Part shown: positions 40,313 to 53,973 of the stretch, one piece after another
Position numbering within the stretch: position 1 is the stretch's first letter
Layout: each line of letters begins with the position of its first letter
Assembly: GCA_030704615.1 (NCBI GenBank)
Contig: CM060732.1
Coordinates: 81,282,001-81,346,000, forward strand
Reading direction: 5' to 3'
Length of the DNA stretch: 64,000 nucleotides
From: Takakia lepidozioides
Lineage: Eukaryota; Plantae; Bryophyta
Position numbers and translations under genes: made by a program
Notes under the pieces: generated by a model
The model's input: the letters and a program-made list of their open reading frames with translations, nothing else
What the model was told of the DNA's origin: nothing
Databases searched by the model: none

Positions 40313-41305
40313 TGTCGCGCGGCTTTTACTCACCCATCCCTTCGCTATCCGAGGCGGAAACTCCAAGATAGAAGAGTTGGAAATCTCTAAGTACTCAGCC
40401 CGCGCAGAACAATCAGTCATGACCTACAGCTAGTGTATCATGGGGGTGTTTCCTATTTGTTTCCTTTTCCGCATTCATCTTTGCTACCTTACCATTGATA
40501 ATTAAGTATCAGTTTGCTTCATCAATTTATCGGTTTCCTTAACTCCTCCATTCAATCCACAGCTTCACTCAGATCTCTCTACACAGTGTGATTGTATTGT
40601 ATAAGTATCAGATTATGATTTATCAGGTATCAGGCCGAATCCATTATGTCTCTAATCTACTCTACAATATCACTCTAGCTTTGCATATGACAAGCTTCTA
40701 CTAATCCTCTTTTCTCCTTCATCGTGCTCTCCGATCTCCGCTCCCGCCTGTCTCCGAAGTCCTCCCCGAATAATCCTTAATCCTTCCTATTCCCCGTTCT
40801 TCCCTTTATCCTCCTATCCGCGGTTCTAACCGTTTCCCTCTCTAACCGTCGTATGTGAACTAACATGTTCCCTTCACTGGTGTTGTTCCCACAGTCGTTC
40901 CCTGTCCTACTCTTCGTTCCCTATTATCGTGACAGCTGTGTCAAGCGGTGACTGGCTGTGTTTGGCTGTGTCGGGCTGTGACTGGCTGTGTGGGCTGTGT
41001 CTGCTGTGACGACTGTGACGGGCTGTGTGGGCTGTGTGGGCTGTGACGACTGTGACGGCTGTGTGGGCTGTGACGACTGTGACGGGCTGTGTTGGCTGTG
41101 TGGGCTGTGTGGGCTGTGACGACTGTGACGGGCTGTGTTGGCTGTGTGGGCTGTGACTGCTGTGTCGGCTGTGTGGGCTATGTAACCCCCTTCTACAGTG
41201 CGCTGCTGTCACCCCTAAGGTTCCTGTTTGTCTCAGTCTGTGCAAAATTTAAGGGTACCCTACAGATCCCGTATAAGTGTCTAAGTCCCCTACAGTCCTC
41301 TAACA
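40313..41305 (-). repeat. 3' LTR of element A copy 2
   Basis: TG...CA termini, adjacent PPT, near-identical to 52255-53247. Confidence 0.96.
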
Positions 41306-41343
41306 TTACCCCTTCCCCCCTCAAAAAGCCGTGTCCTCACGGT

Positions 41344-44300
41344 TTACTGTTTCCGAGTAGCAACCCTTTGTGAGTGAGCACCTTGTTGACGTTGAGAGTT
41401 TCGTGGTGGGCTGTGTGTACGAGCCCGAGGTCTGTCTCTGGTTGATGGAGATGGTTGATCACTACCTGGATAAGTGAGGCCTTCTGGAGGTTGATATCGA
41501 GGTAATCTTTCCGGCATAGGAGATCCCCTTTGTTTCTTCTCTTCCATCTGAATTGCATAGTCTTCTCCCATGTCAAAAGAATTTTGTGAAGAAACAGTTG
41601 TATCAGAATCCTCATCGCCTCTCAGGTGTTTTAATTTTCGAACTTTTTGTGGAATCATCTGGGGCATACAATGCTGTCCTACCATGTCTGGAAGTTTGCA
41701 TTTTACAACCTGGTGTAACCGTTGAACAGCAAAATTGGTGTAGACACTGAGCTCCTTGTCTGTCCAGATGAGTGGGGTACCAATTACTGGTGCCGCGTGC
41801 AAGTATTTCCATGCGATATGTCCCTTATAGAAAATGTCATCAAGTCCGAATTTCTGTGTTGACAAATTGTTGCAGGCTGCTTGAAACCATGAACGAATTT
41901 GAGAATCCTTTGTATCATAAGTTTTGGGTCATATAGGTACATATGAGGTGGCACCGAAGGTAATACCCAATGATCTCCACTAGAGTAACTTTGAAATCGT
42001 GCTTGCATCTTTTGTTGCTCTATGTGGTAACGTATCAGGAAACAAGCAGCGTAGTATAGCCCGCACCCCATGACAATACTTGCTATCTCCTTGGTCTTGG
42101 TATAAATGAGTCCATGTACAACCTGGAAAGCAACCAATTCCCTCAACATGGTACCTGCCTCGTGCCAGTATTGTGCAAAGTGATGATCTTCAATATGTCG
42201 ATTGTTTGGAAGAACTTTAGTCCTGGTTGCCACTGGCAGCCAGATACGCATGATTTGGTAGTAATGTGCGAATGACTGCGGAGGACTAAATTCTTTCCAA
42301 GCCAAATCCAACATGATGGGAATTTGGTTGAAGGGCATAATCATAGCCCTACTGTACTCCCTGGCAGCTGGAGTTTTAGGTGGGTTAAAAGCTGCATTGC
42401 CCCATACCTCCGGTTGTGGTGGCTGTGGTGTGGTTGTAGTAACCACAGGTTCAGCTACTGGTACACTGACCTGTTGTGGTGGTGGTGGTACTGGTTCCTG
42501 TACCATTGGCATCTCCTGCATCTCCTGTGAAGACTGAAAAGCCAGAGTTCTGGCTTGCAAATAAGAAGCCATTAGCTGTTCCTGAGGGATATAGACTCTT
42601 TGGTCGATGTTTGAAGTGAGGTCTTCCACTTGAGTCTGGAGTCCGTCTACATCCTCTTGTAACTCTGCTATTCTACTATAGACATTGTCTATAGTAGTTG
42701 TGGCAATGTTCTGCACCTGCAGTCTGAGCTCATTCATCTCGCTTTGGGTGAGCTTCCGTGGGCTTTTGCCCTCTACTGGCCCTTGTGCTAACCAAACCTG
42801 CATAAGGCTATTATCCACCAAGCTGCTTGTGGTTCCCTGAGAGTTTGCTCCTCTCTTAGCTTATACAATTCCAACTGCTGTTGTAAGCCTTCATGCGCTT
42901 CGCCTGTGGCTCAACCAATTGCGCATAGCAGCACAGTAGATTATTGGCTTCTTTCGAAGCCTTGTTACTGACCGCGATTTCATTTCTATTGGCCACGATG
43001 GTTTGTTGCAACTCCACGATGTATTTCTCATTCTCAGCTTCTATCTGCCTGTATTGCTTGAAAGTATCTTCATTGCGACAGATTGTATTCTTCATATCGA
43101 CAATGAGTTTCATGTGCTCCACATTCTCTTCTTCTGCCTTCGTACATTTTTCCGCTTGACTGTTTATTTCTTTTGTTGATTGGTCAAGCATAGTTGTAAA
43201 TGTAGCGCATTGTATCTCCATCCTGTTATGCACTGTCTGCAACTCCGTATGTAGTGCATTCAGTTCTTGCAACTTGCTTTCATGCTGCACCTGCATTTGG
43301 TATAGCTGTTGCTTATGTGCTTCGTGCAACTGGTCTTGCGCAAGGCCTGCCTCAATCAATTGTTGCTTGGCCAATTGCAAAGCCATTTTTGTATTGGCCA
43401 AGTCCTGCTTCATCTTGAGAGTGACCTCTTCATCGACCTTGTTTGAACACTCAGTGGCAAGTCGAGCCTCAAACTCCTTCCTGAGTTCTTCTTTCAAGGC
43501 TGTCAATTGGGTAATTGGAACATGGGTTTTGACATAAGTCCCCAACAAATTAAGTGTCCTGCCTATGGAATTCATCAGCATTGCTGTTGAGGGTCATCAG
43601 GGTGAGGTTGCTGCTGTTCCTCCCGATCTTCAACAGTATGATGTCTCACTAACCATTCAGACCATTGTCCCACCGGATTTTCTTCCTGAACTACTTCATT
43701 TATGACCGGTGCTACAGTGTCATGGCCTTCCGCCTGTGGTACCTCCGACACAGGTGTGTGCATTATATGTACCTCAGGATTTTTCTTGGGAACTGTTGCA
43801 CCTGTGGGATTTCTGTCTGCTTGACCAGACCAGAATATTCATAGAGAAGGTCCCTTTCTCTATTTCCGCCACTATCTGTTCTGTAGTTGGCAATATCTAT
43901 CCCTTCACTTTCCAAATCTATTATTTCGGGTTGAGCTGCATGGATAACTTGTGACCTTGTGACAAGTCGTTCAAGTGGCTGTGTTGGTTGTGATGCAGAA
44001 GTAACTTCTTCCTCCCTCTCTGAAGGTCCTGCTTCCAGTAATAACATTCTTTTGTGCTGCTGTGCCCCTCCCTGGTCATGAGCTTGGGAAACATTATCAT
44101 GCGGAATCCGTGAAGCCAGTGGATCCGCCACTACAGTCTTTCCCTTCTCTGCCTCTTAGTCTCGGGTTGTGCTGCCAGTCCACCCTCACTGTGTGAAGAG
44201 CCTTGCTCTTCCATTGCAGTTGTTTCTGGCTCAAACACTCCCATTTCCTTCCTTTCTTGTGCATTAAGTATGCCAGAACTAGGATTATTTGAGCAATGAT

Positions 44301-45450
44301 TGGGCCAGACACTATGATAGGAGATTTTGCGGTAGTACCTTGTAATCTTTTCATCTCCTCTACCAGTGCGTTGTACATTATGTCCGCCCATGGACTCTTG
44401 TCCCTTCAAGCCTTTGAGGATTTCCTCTGTGAAGGATCTGCTCAAATATTGTTGTTCTGTTTCAGGGCAATCAGAACGTTCAATACTTGGCCTATGTCTT
44501 TTAACCCTGGGTACAAGCTTTGGTACAAGCATAACCTGAGTTTTAAAGAAACTCCCTTCTTGGAATAAATCCCCTATTTGCAGTTCTTCTCTGTGTTCCT
44601 CCACATACACATGACCTTCTGGCAATTGAAACAATTGCTGGAGGTATAGGGGAGTAATCATTAATTCAACTCCCTTCACCGTTGTTGTTCCTGTCTTTGG
44701 CTCAAAGTTCTGCAAAAATTGTAACATGTACTGTCTATGGTGTAGTGTCCAATCCATGCTTTGCAATCCTTCCAATCTCAGCTCCTTCAGTATCTTTATC
44801 GCCTGTGGGGTAGCCATCGTTTGTTTTTGCAGAATTGTGTGCTCTTCACCCTGATTCCTCCATTCCTCTCACTCTCTTCATCTTAGACTCACAGAACTGC
44901 TTTGGCTGTAACAACTGCAGGAATGCCTGTAGTGCACAAAGCAGAAAACGTATGGTTGCCGCAGAAAGGTATGGGTAATCTCTTGTAAGCCTGCGGGGCT
45001 TGCAAGCATTGTTCAAGAGAAAAGCTCTGCTCTTTCGTTTCGCGTCTCCGCCATTGCGTAAGTAATATTGCGAGCGTATAGTCTGTTAGCTCCTTCATAG
45101 TTTCCAAGTTATAGCATTTATGGCCTGTCCTGTCGAGACGCCCGTTACTCAGAACGACGCCGTCTCTTGCGCTTAATTTCCCTCCATTTTCTTGATCATT
45201 TCTCTGGTTTTCTATTGGCTGTATCAGCTGTGACTGGATTTTAACTTTTATCTTCTTAGTGGACTTTCCCTGTTGGATAGTCCACTAGGATCACACATGC
45301 GACATGAATTCAGTTTTTCTGTACTTGCCGTTCGTTCTGTTTCCCTTTTTCCGTATTCATTAATGGCCCGCTTTCATCCCTTTGACGCGCCGTTCCAGTC
45401 CTCTTTCTTTTTGACACCTGTCCTTGCACTTCATTCTCTGCTGTGTGTCG
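41344..45450 (-). pseudogene. 3' extra ORF of element A copy 2 (multiply frameshifted)
   Basis: ORF pieces from 44889-45107 down to 41344-41865 match the 1-4073 protein. Confidence 0.85.
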
Positions 45451-45483
45451 CACCCTGACCTCCACGTGTCTATTTTAAATTAA

Positions 45484-45983
45484 NNNNNNNNNNNNNNNNN
45501 NNNNNNNNNNNNNNNNNNNNNNNNNNNNNNNNNNNNNNNNNNNNNNNNNNNNNNNNNNNNNNNNNNNNNNNNNNNNNNNNNNNNNNNNNNNNNNNNNNNN
45601 NNNNNNNNNNNNNNNNNNNNNNNNNNNNNNNNNNNNNNNNNNNNNNNNNNNNNNNNNNNNNNNNNNNNNNNNNNNNNNNNNNNNNNNNNNNNNNNNNNNN
45701 NNNNNNNNNNNNNNNNNNNNNNNNNNNNNNNNNNNNNNNNNNNNNNNNNNNNNNNNNNNNNNNNNNNNNNNNNNNNNNNNNNNNNNNNNNNNNNNNNNNN
45801 NNNNNNNNNNNNNNNNNNNNNNNNNNNNNNNNNNNNNNNNNNNNNNNNNNNNNNNNNNNNNNNNNNNNNNNNNNNNNNNNNNNNNNNNNNNNNNNNNNNN
45901 NNNNNNNNNNNNNNNNNNNNNNNNNNNNNNNNNNNNNNNNNNNNNNNNNNNNNNNNNNNNNNNNNNNNNNNNNNNNNNNNNNN
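45484..45983. other. Assembly gap (500 N)
   Basis: Run of N between the integrase and the extra ORF. Confidence 1.
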
Positions 45984-45989
45984 GGAGTC

Positions 45990-48900
45990 TTGCAATTCCA
46001 TTCTTTTTCCCCTCCGTTCTCATGGTAGATAACAGAATTCCACTGGAAGTAAGCGCTTCATACCATAAACTAATTGGAAATGGTGTATACTTTGTGGTGA
46101 CTTTATACGAAGTCCTGTATGACCATAAAGCTGTCAGCAGCTTTGTATCCCAATCCGTTCTGTTGCATTGACTATCTTAGCCAAGATAGTACATAGTATT
46201 TTGTTGGTAGCCTCTGCCTGTCTTACCTGTGGGTAATATGTTGTACTCTTTTATGCACAATCATAACTCTTTAGTCAATAACTCAATGGTCTCATTCATG
46301 AAGTGACTTCCTTGATCACTGATAAATTCTAAGGGACATCCAAATCGTGTAAGTATGTTCTCGTACAGGAACCTTGCTGTGGACTTGGCTGTGTTGTCCC
46401 TCAAAGCTTTAGCTTCCCCCACTTTGTAGTATAATCAGTGGCTGTAAATTATGTACCTGTTTTGTGTATTCTTGATGGTGGATTAATTGTCCAACAAAGT
46501 CTAGTCCCCATTTCTGAAATGGTTCCGTAGGCATTGTAGGATGCAAGGCCATTCTTCCTGATCTCTGCAAAGGTCCTAGCCTCTGACATTCATCACATTT
46601 TTGACAATACTCATGTACATCTTTGAACAACGTAGGCCACCAGTATCCTGCGAGTAGTATCTTTCTACTGGTAGTCTCTTCTCCAAAATGACCTCCAGCC
46701 ACTCCTTTATGAACTTCCTCCAAGACTTTATTTCTTCATGGTGGTACAAGCATCGTTTTAGTACTCCTCAGGTCCTAACTTATACATTCTGCTTCCTACC
46801 TAGTAAAAGGTAAAGCTCTGATAGCAATTCTCTTCCTCTGCTCCTTACCATAACTAGTGGGCACTGACCATGAACAAGGTAGTATCTGATTGGCCACTGC
46901 CAATCTAACCATTCATCTACACTTCCTTGCACCTCCATTACATAACTCGCATCAGGTACTGATCGTCCACTCCTGTGGCGGCTCTCCTGTTGTTAGTCGT
47001 GACAAATGATCTGCCACAAGATGCAACGGCCAGGCTTGTAAATAACCTCAAACTCAAACTCATGCAAGATTATTAACCACCTCGCTATCCTTCCACTTAT
47101 CAAAGGTTTGTTCACCAGATATATCAGAGCCTGGTGATCCACATAAAACATAAACTTTCTTCCCAATAGGTAATGCCTGAATTTCTTCACTGCATAGATC
47201 ATTGCCAATGCTTCTCTTTCCGTTGTGCTATAGTTCCTCTCAGCACTGTTCATCAACCGGCTAGCATAGTACACAGGTGAATCTATATTCCCTGTAACAT
47301 TCTGGGCTAACACTGCTCCAACGCTTCTCCTGATGCATCGCAGTGAACATGAAATACTACATGCCAGTGAGGGTTAATCAGCACAGGTGTAGTTGTTACT
47401 GACAGTGTAAGTTCCTCAACGCCTGTTGACATTCAGCTGTCCATGCAAACACTGCATCTTTCTTCAGAAGCTTGCTCAATGGTGCTGCTATTTGTGCATA
47501 CCTTTTGACAAATCTTCTGTAATAACTGGTTTGCCCAAGGAATCTCCTTAACTCTTAACATTCACTGGTGGTGGAGAGACTTTAATGGACTCTGTCTTCC
47601 TGGGATCCACAAGGAGTCCCTTCTTACACACAATGTGTCCCAGAAGCACCCCTGAGTTCACACAGAAAGTACACTTCTCTGGGTTCAAGCCCAGACCTCT
47701 CATCCTGCATCTGGCCAGGCATAACTCCAATTTATGCAAGTGCTCATTCTTAGAGCTGTACACACTGAAATCATCAAAACACCTGCATGAAATCATCCAG
47801 ATACTCTTGAAAAGATTCACTTATCACTCTCTGAAAGGTCGCTGGTGCATTACAAAGCCCAAGGGCATGACTTTGTATGCATAAGCCCCCCAGTCTGTGA
47901 TGAAAGCTGTTTTCCCTTGGTCTTCTTCTGCCACTTGCACTTGATTATAACCACTGAAGCCATCCATGAATGAGTACATCTCATGGCCTGCCACAGTGTC
48001 TAATACTGCTTCTGTGAATGGCAAAGGGAAAGGATCTTTCTTCGTACAAGCATTCAGCTTCTTATAGTTCACACATACTCTTAGTTTGCCATTCTTCTTG
48101 GGAACTATAACAATGGGTGACAACCAAGTTGTATACTCTATTGGGTATATAAACTTAGCCTCAGCCAACTTCTTTATCTCTTCTCCAACCTTCTGTGCGT
48201 AGTTGGGATTCATTCTATACCTCGCCTGCTTGATTGGTACTGACCCTGGTTCCAGTTCATTTTATGCTGACAGACTTCAGGTGGTATCCCTTTTAGATCC
48301 TCATAGCTCCAAGCAAATACATCTCTGTATTTGATGAACAAGCTTTTAGCTTCTTCGAAGAATTCTGGCTCCAAATCAGCTCCTACTTTCACCATTCTCG
48401 GTTCCTCCTGAGTTCCCACATTTACTTCTCTCACCTGCTCATCAGCTGTGATTGTCCAACCAGTCACCACTTCATCCTTTAAGCTCACAGTGGCTGGTTC
48501 TTCTAGGATTTCTATCTCTCTCCTTTTCTTCATAGAAATGTGGTGGGTAACAGTTGGTTTCCTCTTCAATTGGTGTTGCTGTCACTACACCACAGCAGAT
48601 ACCTCTCAAACAACTTAGGCTTTCCAGCCGCATCTCTGCAACCTGCTCCCATTCTGGGTGTGCAGCAAATAGGGTAGCTTCCTGCTCCTCATCCAGTCCT
48701 CCCTTCCAGTCATACTCTCTGACTCCTCGAGGTCTTCTTGTAGCAGGTAATCTACTAGATTTCTTTGTGGTAATTTGTATCTCGTGCATCCCATTATGCA
48801 CAGTTAGTAACTGAGAATTCCAGTCATGGAATACCCTTGCCTGTTTCAGCCACGGACGTCCCAATAATAAGGAGTAAGCCTCCATGACTTCATCCATTTT

Positions 48901-49100
48901 TAATACAGTTACTGTGATCATAAAGATCATTTTCTGTATCTGTATCTTAACTCCTCTTATTAATCCCAATGGCTGTACACTTCTTTGATCTGCCATTGTT
49001 ACTGTAAATGGGGCTGGTTTCATGTTATTTAGACCAAGCTTCTTCCTTAATTGGTCTGTCATGATATTTACTCCAGAACCACCATCTATCAGTATTCAGT
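45990..49100 (-). pseudogene. pol of element A: protease, RT, RNase H, integrase (frameshifted)
   Basis: ILIDGGSGVNIM (~49060-49095); WLSPIVIVPKKNGKLRVC and FMDGFSGYNQ; FDDF; ERNYSTTEREALA and YVDHQAL; GGHFG...CQKCDEC and KWGLDF. Confidence 0.95.
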
Positions 49101-52100
49101 TAGTTCTGTGCTTCCAATTCTCAATTGGATTACTGGCATAGAATCATCAAAGTCCATGACTGGTTCTCGCCCTTCCGGCTTCACATTATAACTGGTCACC
49201 TTGCTGTTCAGGTCTGTGTTTCCTGTCTCTTGGGCAATTCGATTGATTGCCTGATACAGCCTGTGCCTACAATAAGGTGCCACAGCTAATAGCTGTCCAA
49301 TGGTAATTTCTGCTTTGGTCTGACATATTACTTCAGCCAAAGTCTCTTCATTACTTTGCATGTCTGCATCTTCTTTTTTCCTTTCTTCCTCACTCCCCTC
49401 TTTTTCTCCATCCGAATCAGAGGAATCTGCCACAGGAATATCCGTACTCTTTTGCATTTCCCTTATAGTATCTGCCACTTCCTTGTGCAGTTCCTTCTCA
49501 TCCTTCCAAGTCTCTTCATCTTCAGGCATATCATTGCCACTTCCAGTCTCATCTTCTTCCTCTTCTACTGGAGGTATTAGTTTGGCTTTACTTCTTGTTA
49601 CTATCATTGTACTTACTTCTGGTACAACACATGGCCTAACCATGTGAGCTGCCACCACTGGGCCCTCATTCACAGGAGCTCTCATCTCATTCTGGTGTCT
49701 TATCCAGAATGAACAGGCTGCCTTGCGATGTCCTGGCTGATTACAATAGTAACATAGCTCTTCACCATTGGGTCCTCGCCCTTGGTCTGGTCTTGGATTA
49801 TTTCTATAATCCTGATTCCGGGCTGGTAATTCCCCCTTGGATTACCCTGATAGTTGCCTCTGGAATTTCCTTGGTAATTCCCTCTTGAATTACCTCTCCC
49901 TTCCATGCCATTGTTATAGCCACCAGACCTACCATAGTGGTCCTGATCATTGCTTCTTCTTGGCTGGGGCTGCACCTGATGCACCCTCACTTGCCTAGGT
50001 TCTCTTGCAGCTGTCCTTCTGTTGTAGTAACAATTCTCAGTAGAATGGTTATCCATTTTACAGATAGTACAGTGTTTCTCCTTCATGTGGCATTCTGTAG
50101 TGGTATGGCCTTCATTCTGGCACTTTGCACACCATACACCCTTCCTCCAATGTGTTGCAGCCTCTGTGGCATACTTCTTCAAGATTTCTTCCAATCTTTT
50201 CTCATAGTTATCCCTCTTCAACTTTTCCTTTCTCTTACTCTTTCTTTTTAGTTCTTGCTCTTCTTCTTCATCTGACTCATCTTCAGAGTCCTCATCTTCC
50301 TTTTTCTCTCTCCTGAGCATTCCCAATTGCTCAATTCTGTTTGCAGTTTCAAATGCCTCCTCCACTGTATTATGGGGTAACATATCCACTTTCTTCTGCA
50401 ACTCTGGTCTTAGTCCACTCACAAACCAAGTCTTCTGTAAACCGGGTGCTGGTACTGCAGCCAGCTTTTTCATCATCAATTCCATCTTCTCCATATACTC
50501 TTCAACAGTTTCATGCTTCTTCTGCTTCAGCTGTTGTAAACTTCCATACACTTCATCCTCAGTTTTACTTGTCCTGAACCTATTTCGAAATGCTGTATTC
50601 AAGCCATTCCAGGTTAGGAAATGATTATCAGGGAATCTTGCATACCATTCACTTGCTTTCTTGATAAGTGAACAAGGAAACAGTCTCATCTTGGCATCAT
50701 CGCCATTCTCATTGTTCACTATACACATGTGCTCAAATTGGCTAATGTGTACATCGGGATCCCCTTTTCCTGAATATATTGGAAAGGGTGGTTTTGCCCG
50801 TGTTGGTTGTAACGCCATCTGTGGCCCTACCTTCTGCCCACTGACAGGTGCTGGCACCCTTGCTGGTGCTGGTCCTTCTGGACCTGTTGTTTTTGTGGTG
50901 GATCTTCCACCAAGTGGTGGCCCTTGAGCACTCCCTGCTTCTGGCCCCACGATATTCACAGTATTCCCAGCTTCAGTTGCACTACTTCCCACACTCCCTG
51001 TCCCCCCAGAGCCAGATCCAGGCAGCCCGCCTGATCCCCCTGAGCCGACACCTTCGTTGGCCTGTGATCCAAGTGCTCCACTTGATCCAGGTCCAACGGG
51101 TTGGGATGTCCTGGTTGTAGTCTCAACCTCAGCTGTTGGGTCTACTTCTTCATATTCTTCCTCTTCCAATTTCTTCTCTTGTTTTCATCCTCCAAGTTCT
51201 GCCCTTGGGTTTCTTCTTCACTCATGTAACTCAACTGTAATGGTGTTGGAGAGTCTGAACTCTCCGTTGGCTCTGCCACATCCTCATCTCCTTCTTCATC
51301 TTCTGCTTCAGAAACTGGAGTTCCTGCTTTTGGTGTTCCATGCCAACTCTTATCAAAGATTTCTGTCAAGTCTTTTATCCAAGGATGTACCTCAGATCTT
51401 TCACCTCGTGATTGATCTTCTTCCTGTACCAATTCCTTAATCTTTCTTGCAAAGAAACAGAAGGAGTGGCATCCAACTCTAGTTCTTCCGGTATAGGTGA
51501 TGCACTTTTCGATCTTGATGGTGTGAGAGGTCCAGATGATTCCCCTATGTCTATTCCTCTCTCCCAAAGATATGGATAATTAGCTTTCAGATAGCTTTCT
51601 CTTTTTGATGAATATCTTTGTCGTCTAGCTTCTCTTTCATCACTCATGTCCATGTCTTTCATTTCTTTTAATGTGGCAATAACCAAAACTCTCTTCTGTA
51701 ATATCTCTCGTATATGCCTGGATTTCTTTCAAGCTTCAATGCACCCTTGGCTATACTTGAAGTCTCCGTTACCATATAACCATATGGCAAACAAGTCTGA
51801 AAAGCTGTTCTTGGTGTGAGTTTGATCCACAAAATATCCTTTGGAATCCAATTCTTTACCAGTACAAGCTCTTCATGCATATGGGTATAAACATTCACCT
51901 TTCTTTCTTCCCAACTTCAAACTCTACTCGTTTAATGGATAGCAACGCTATCACATAAACTAATGTTGGTAACCAACGTGCTCTTCCTCTACAGGCTACC
52001 TGATAAATCTTTATCACTCCTTTCTCCAGACCCCATTCTGGATCAGCATCATGCACTCGTTTAAGAATATTTTCTTTACATCCGTCTGGCAATTCCAAGA

Positions 52101-52230
52101 ACCTTTGAAAGAATTGTTTAGACAATCTTTCTTCCTTCGTTCCACAGGGAATTTGATTCACTTCAAACTCTTTAATGGTCCAACCTCCATGATCCCACCA
52201 GATGCCTGTCACATCTGGTTGTTCATGTCC
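49089..52230 (-). pseudogene. gag of element A with long N-terminal extension
   Basis: Retrotransposon gag core (YSGKGDPDVHISQFE...LFPCSL..ASEWY...LKQKKHETVEEY), CCHC knuckles CAKCQNEGHTTTEC and CTICKMDNHSTENC, and upstream ORF fragments 51142-52230. Confidence 0.88.
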
Positions 52231-52254
52231 CAGGTCCCCAGTATGGTCGCCAAA

Positions 52255-53247
52255 TGTCGCGCGCCTTTTACTCACCCATCCCTTCGCTATCCGAGGCGGA
52301 AACTCCAAGATAGAAGAGTTGGAAATCTCTAAGTACTCAGCCCGCGCAGAACAATCAGTCATGACCTACAGCTAGTGTATCATGGGGTGTTTCCTATTTG
52401 TTTCCTTTTCCGCATTCATCTTTGCTACCTTACCATTGATAATTAAGTATCAGTTTGCTTCATCAATTTATCGGTTTCCTTAACTCCTCCATTCAATCCA
52501 CAGCTTCACTCAGATCTCTCTACACAGTGTGATTGTATTGTATAAGTATCAGATTATGATTTATCAGGTATCAGGCCGAATCCATTATGTCTCTAATCTA
52601 CTCTACAATATCACTCTAGCTTTGCATATGACAAGCTTCTACTAATCCTCTTTTCTCCTTCATCGTGCTCTCCGATCTCCGCTCCCGCCTGTCTCCGAAG
52701 TCCTCCCCGAATAATCCTTAATCCTTCCTATTCCCCGTTCTTCCCTTTATCCTCCTATCCGCGGTTCTAACCGTTTCCCTCTCTAACCGTCGTATGTGAA
52801 CTAACATGTTCCCTTCACTGGTGTTGTTCCCCACAGTCGTTCCCTGTCCTACTCTTCGTTCCCTATTATCGTGACAGCTGTGTCAAGCGGTGACTGGCTG
52901 TGTTTGGCTATGTCGGGCTGTGACTGGCTGTGTGGGCTGTGTCTGCTGTGACGACTGTGACGGGCTGTGTGGGCTGTGTGGGCTGTGACGACTGTGACGG
53001 CTGTGTGGGCTGTGACGACTGTGACGGGCTGTGTTGGCTGTGTGGGCTGTGTGGGCTGTGACGACTGTGACGGGCTGTGTTGGCTGTGTGGGCTGTGACT
53101 GCTGTGTCGGCTGTGTGGGCTATGTAACCCCCTTCTACAGTGCGCTGCTGTCACCCCTAAGGTTCCTGTTTGTCTCAGTCTGTGCAAAATTTAAGGGTAC
53201 CCTACAGATCCCGTATAAGTGTCTAAGTCCCCTACAGTCCTCTAACA
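52255..53247 (-). repeat. 5' LTR of element A copy 2
   Basis: TG...CA termini, followed on the minus strand by TT and the PBS. Confidence 0.96.
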
Positions 53248-53559
53248 GTGTGCTGCTGGGAGCGGCCACATCTGTGTGTCAGGCTCCATTGTGCTCGGCT
53301 ACCATGATTGCGACGCCGGGGGTAAGACCAGCTGAGGTGTTCAGGCTGACAGCTACACTCTGTGAGAGTGGGGAGGTTACTTCATCTTCTGCGGAGATAG
53401 TGGGAGGTGTAGTGCCGGAGGGATCTTCGGATTTGAGGGTCAAGACTGCCACGGCGGCGCCATGGCAAGCTGCAGCTGCCAGGTTGATGGAGCTGCCAGC
53501 TAGGCCAGCCATTGAGCGCGCCATGGTGACACCTGGAGTTGTCATGTTAGACAACCAGG

Positions 53560-53973
53560 ATGACATTTTCTGTTTGAGGGGACCGGCAGGCAAGAGGTAC
53601 CGGCCACTGCGGGTCTTGTTGGACTCGGGAGCTCAGCCATTGATGTTGGGCAGAGCTGCTATTGCAGGCTTGGGCCTCACGGAGGCGGATATGGAGCCTT
53701 GTCCTTTCCAGATACAGACGTCTCTGGGAGGATCGGGGCATGACACAGCGTGAGTTAGCTATCAGACTACGACCGGATCACCCTACAGATGGCTCAGTGA
53801 TGCGAGCCAAGGCCATTGTGACAGACGCGGTCTCGTACGATGTCCTGGTTGGTGGGGCAGTGTTGTACCCCATGGGCTTCACCCTGGATTTTTGGGAGGA
53901 GTCAGCTTCCTATAGGTCTGCATGGCAGTCAGGGGAGGGCCGGCGTGTGCAGCTCCCTGTGACGTTCATATGA
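53560..53973 (+). pseudogene. Retroviral-type aspartic protease of element B
   Basis: RVLLDSGAQPLMLG (Asp at ~53622) and SYDVLVGGAVLYPMGF, with one frameshift near 53740. Confidence 0.85.

Larger units (their letters stand above)
40313..53247 (-). mobile_element. Full-length Ty3/Gypsy LTR retrotransposon family A, copy 2 (non-chromovirus, Athila-like layout)
   Basis: 993-bp LTRs at 52255-53247 and 40313-41305; TSD GTGTG at 40308-40312 and 53248-53252. PBS TGGCGACCATACTGGGGA; PPT at ~41306-41322. Order gag-PR-RT-RH-INT-extra ORF. Confidence 0.97.

Noticed and set aside
45475-46023. ORFs made of X residues
   Set aside because: Artefact of the N gap.
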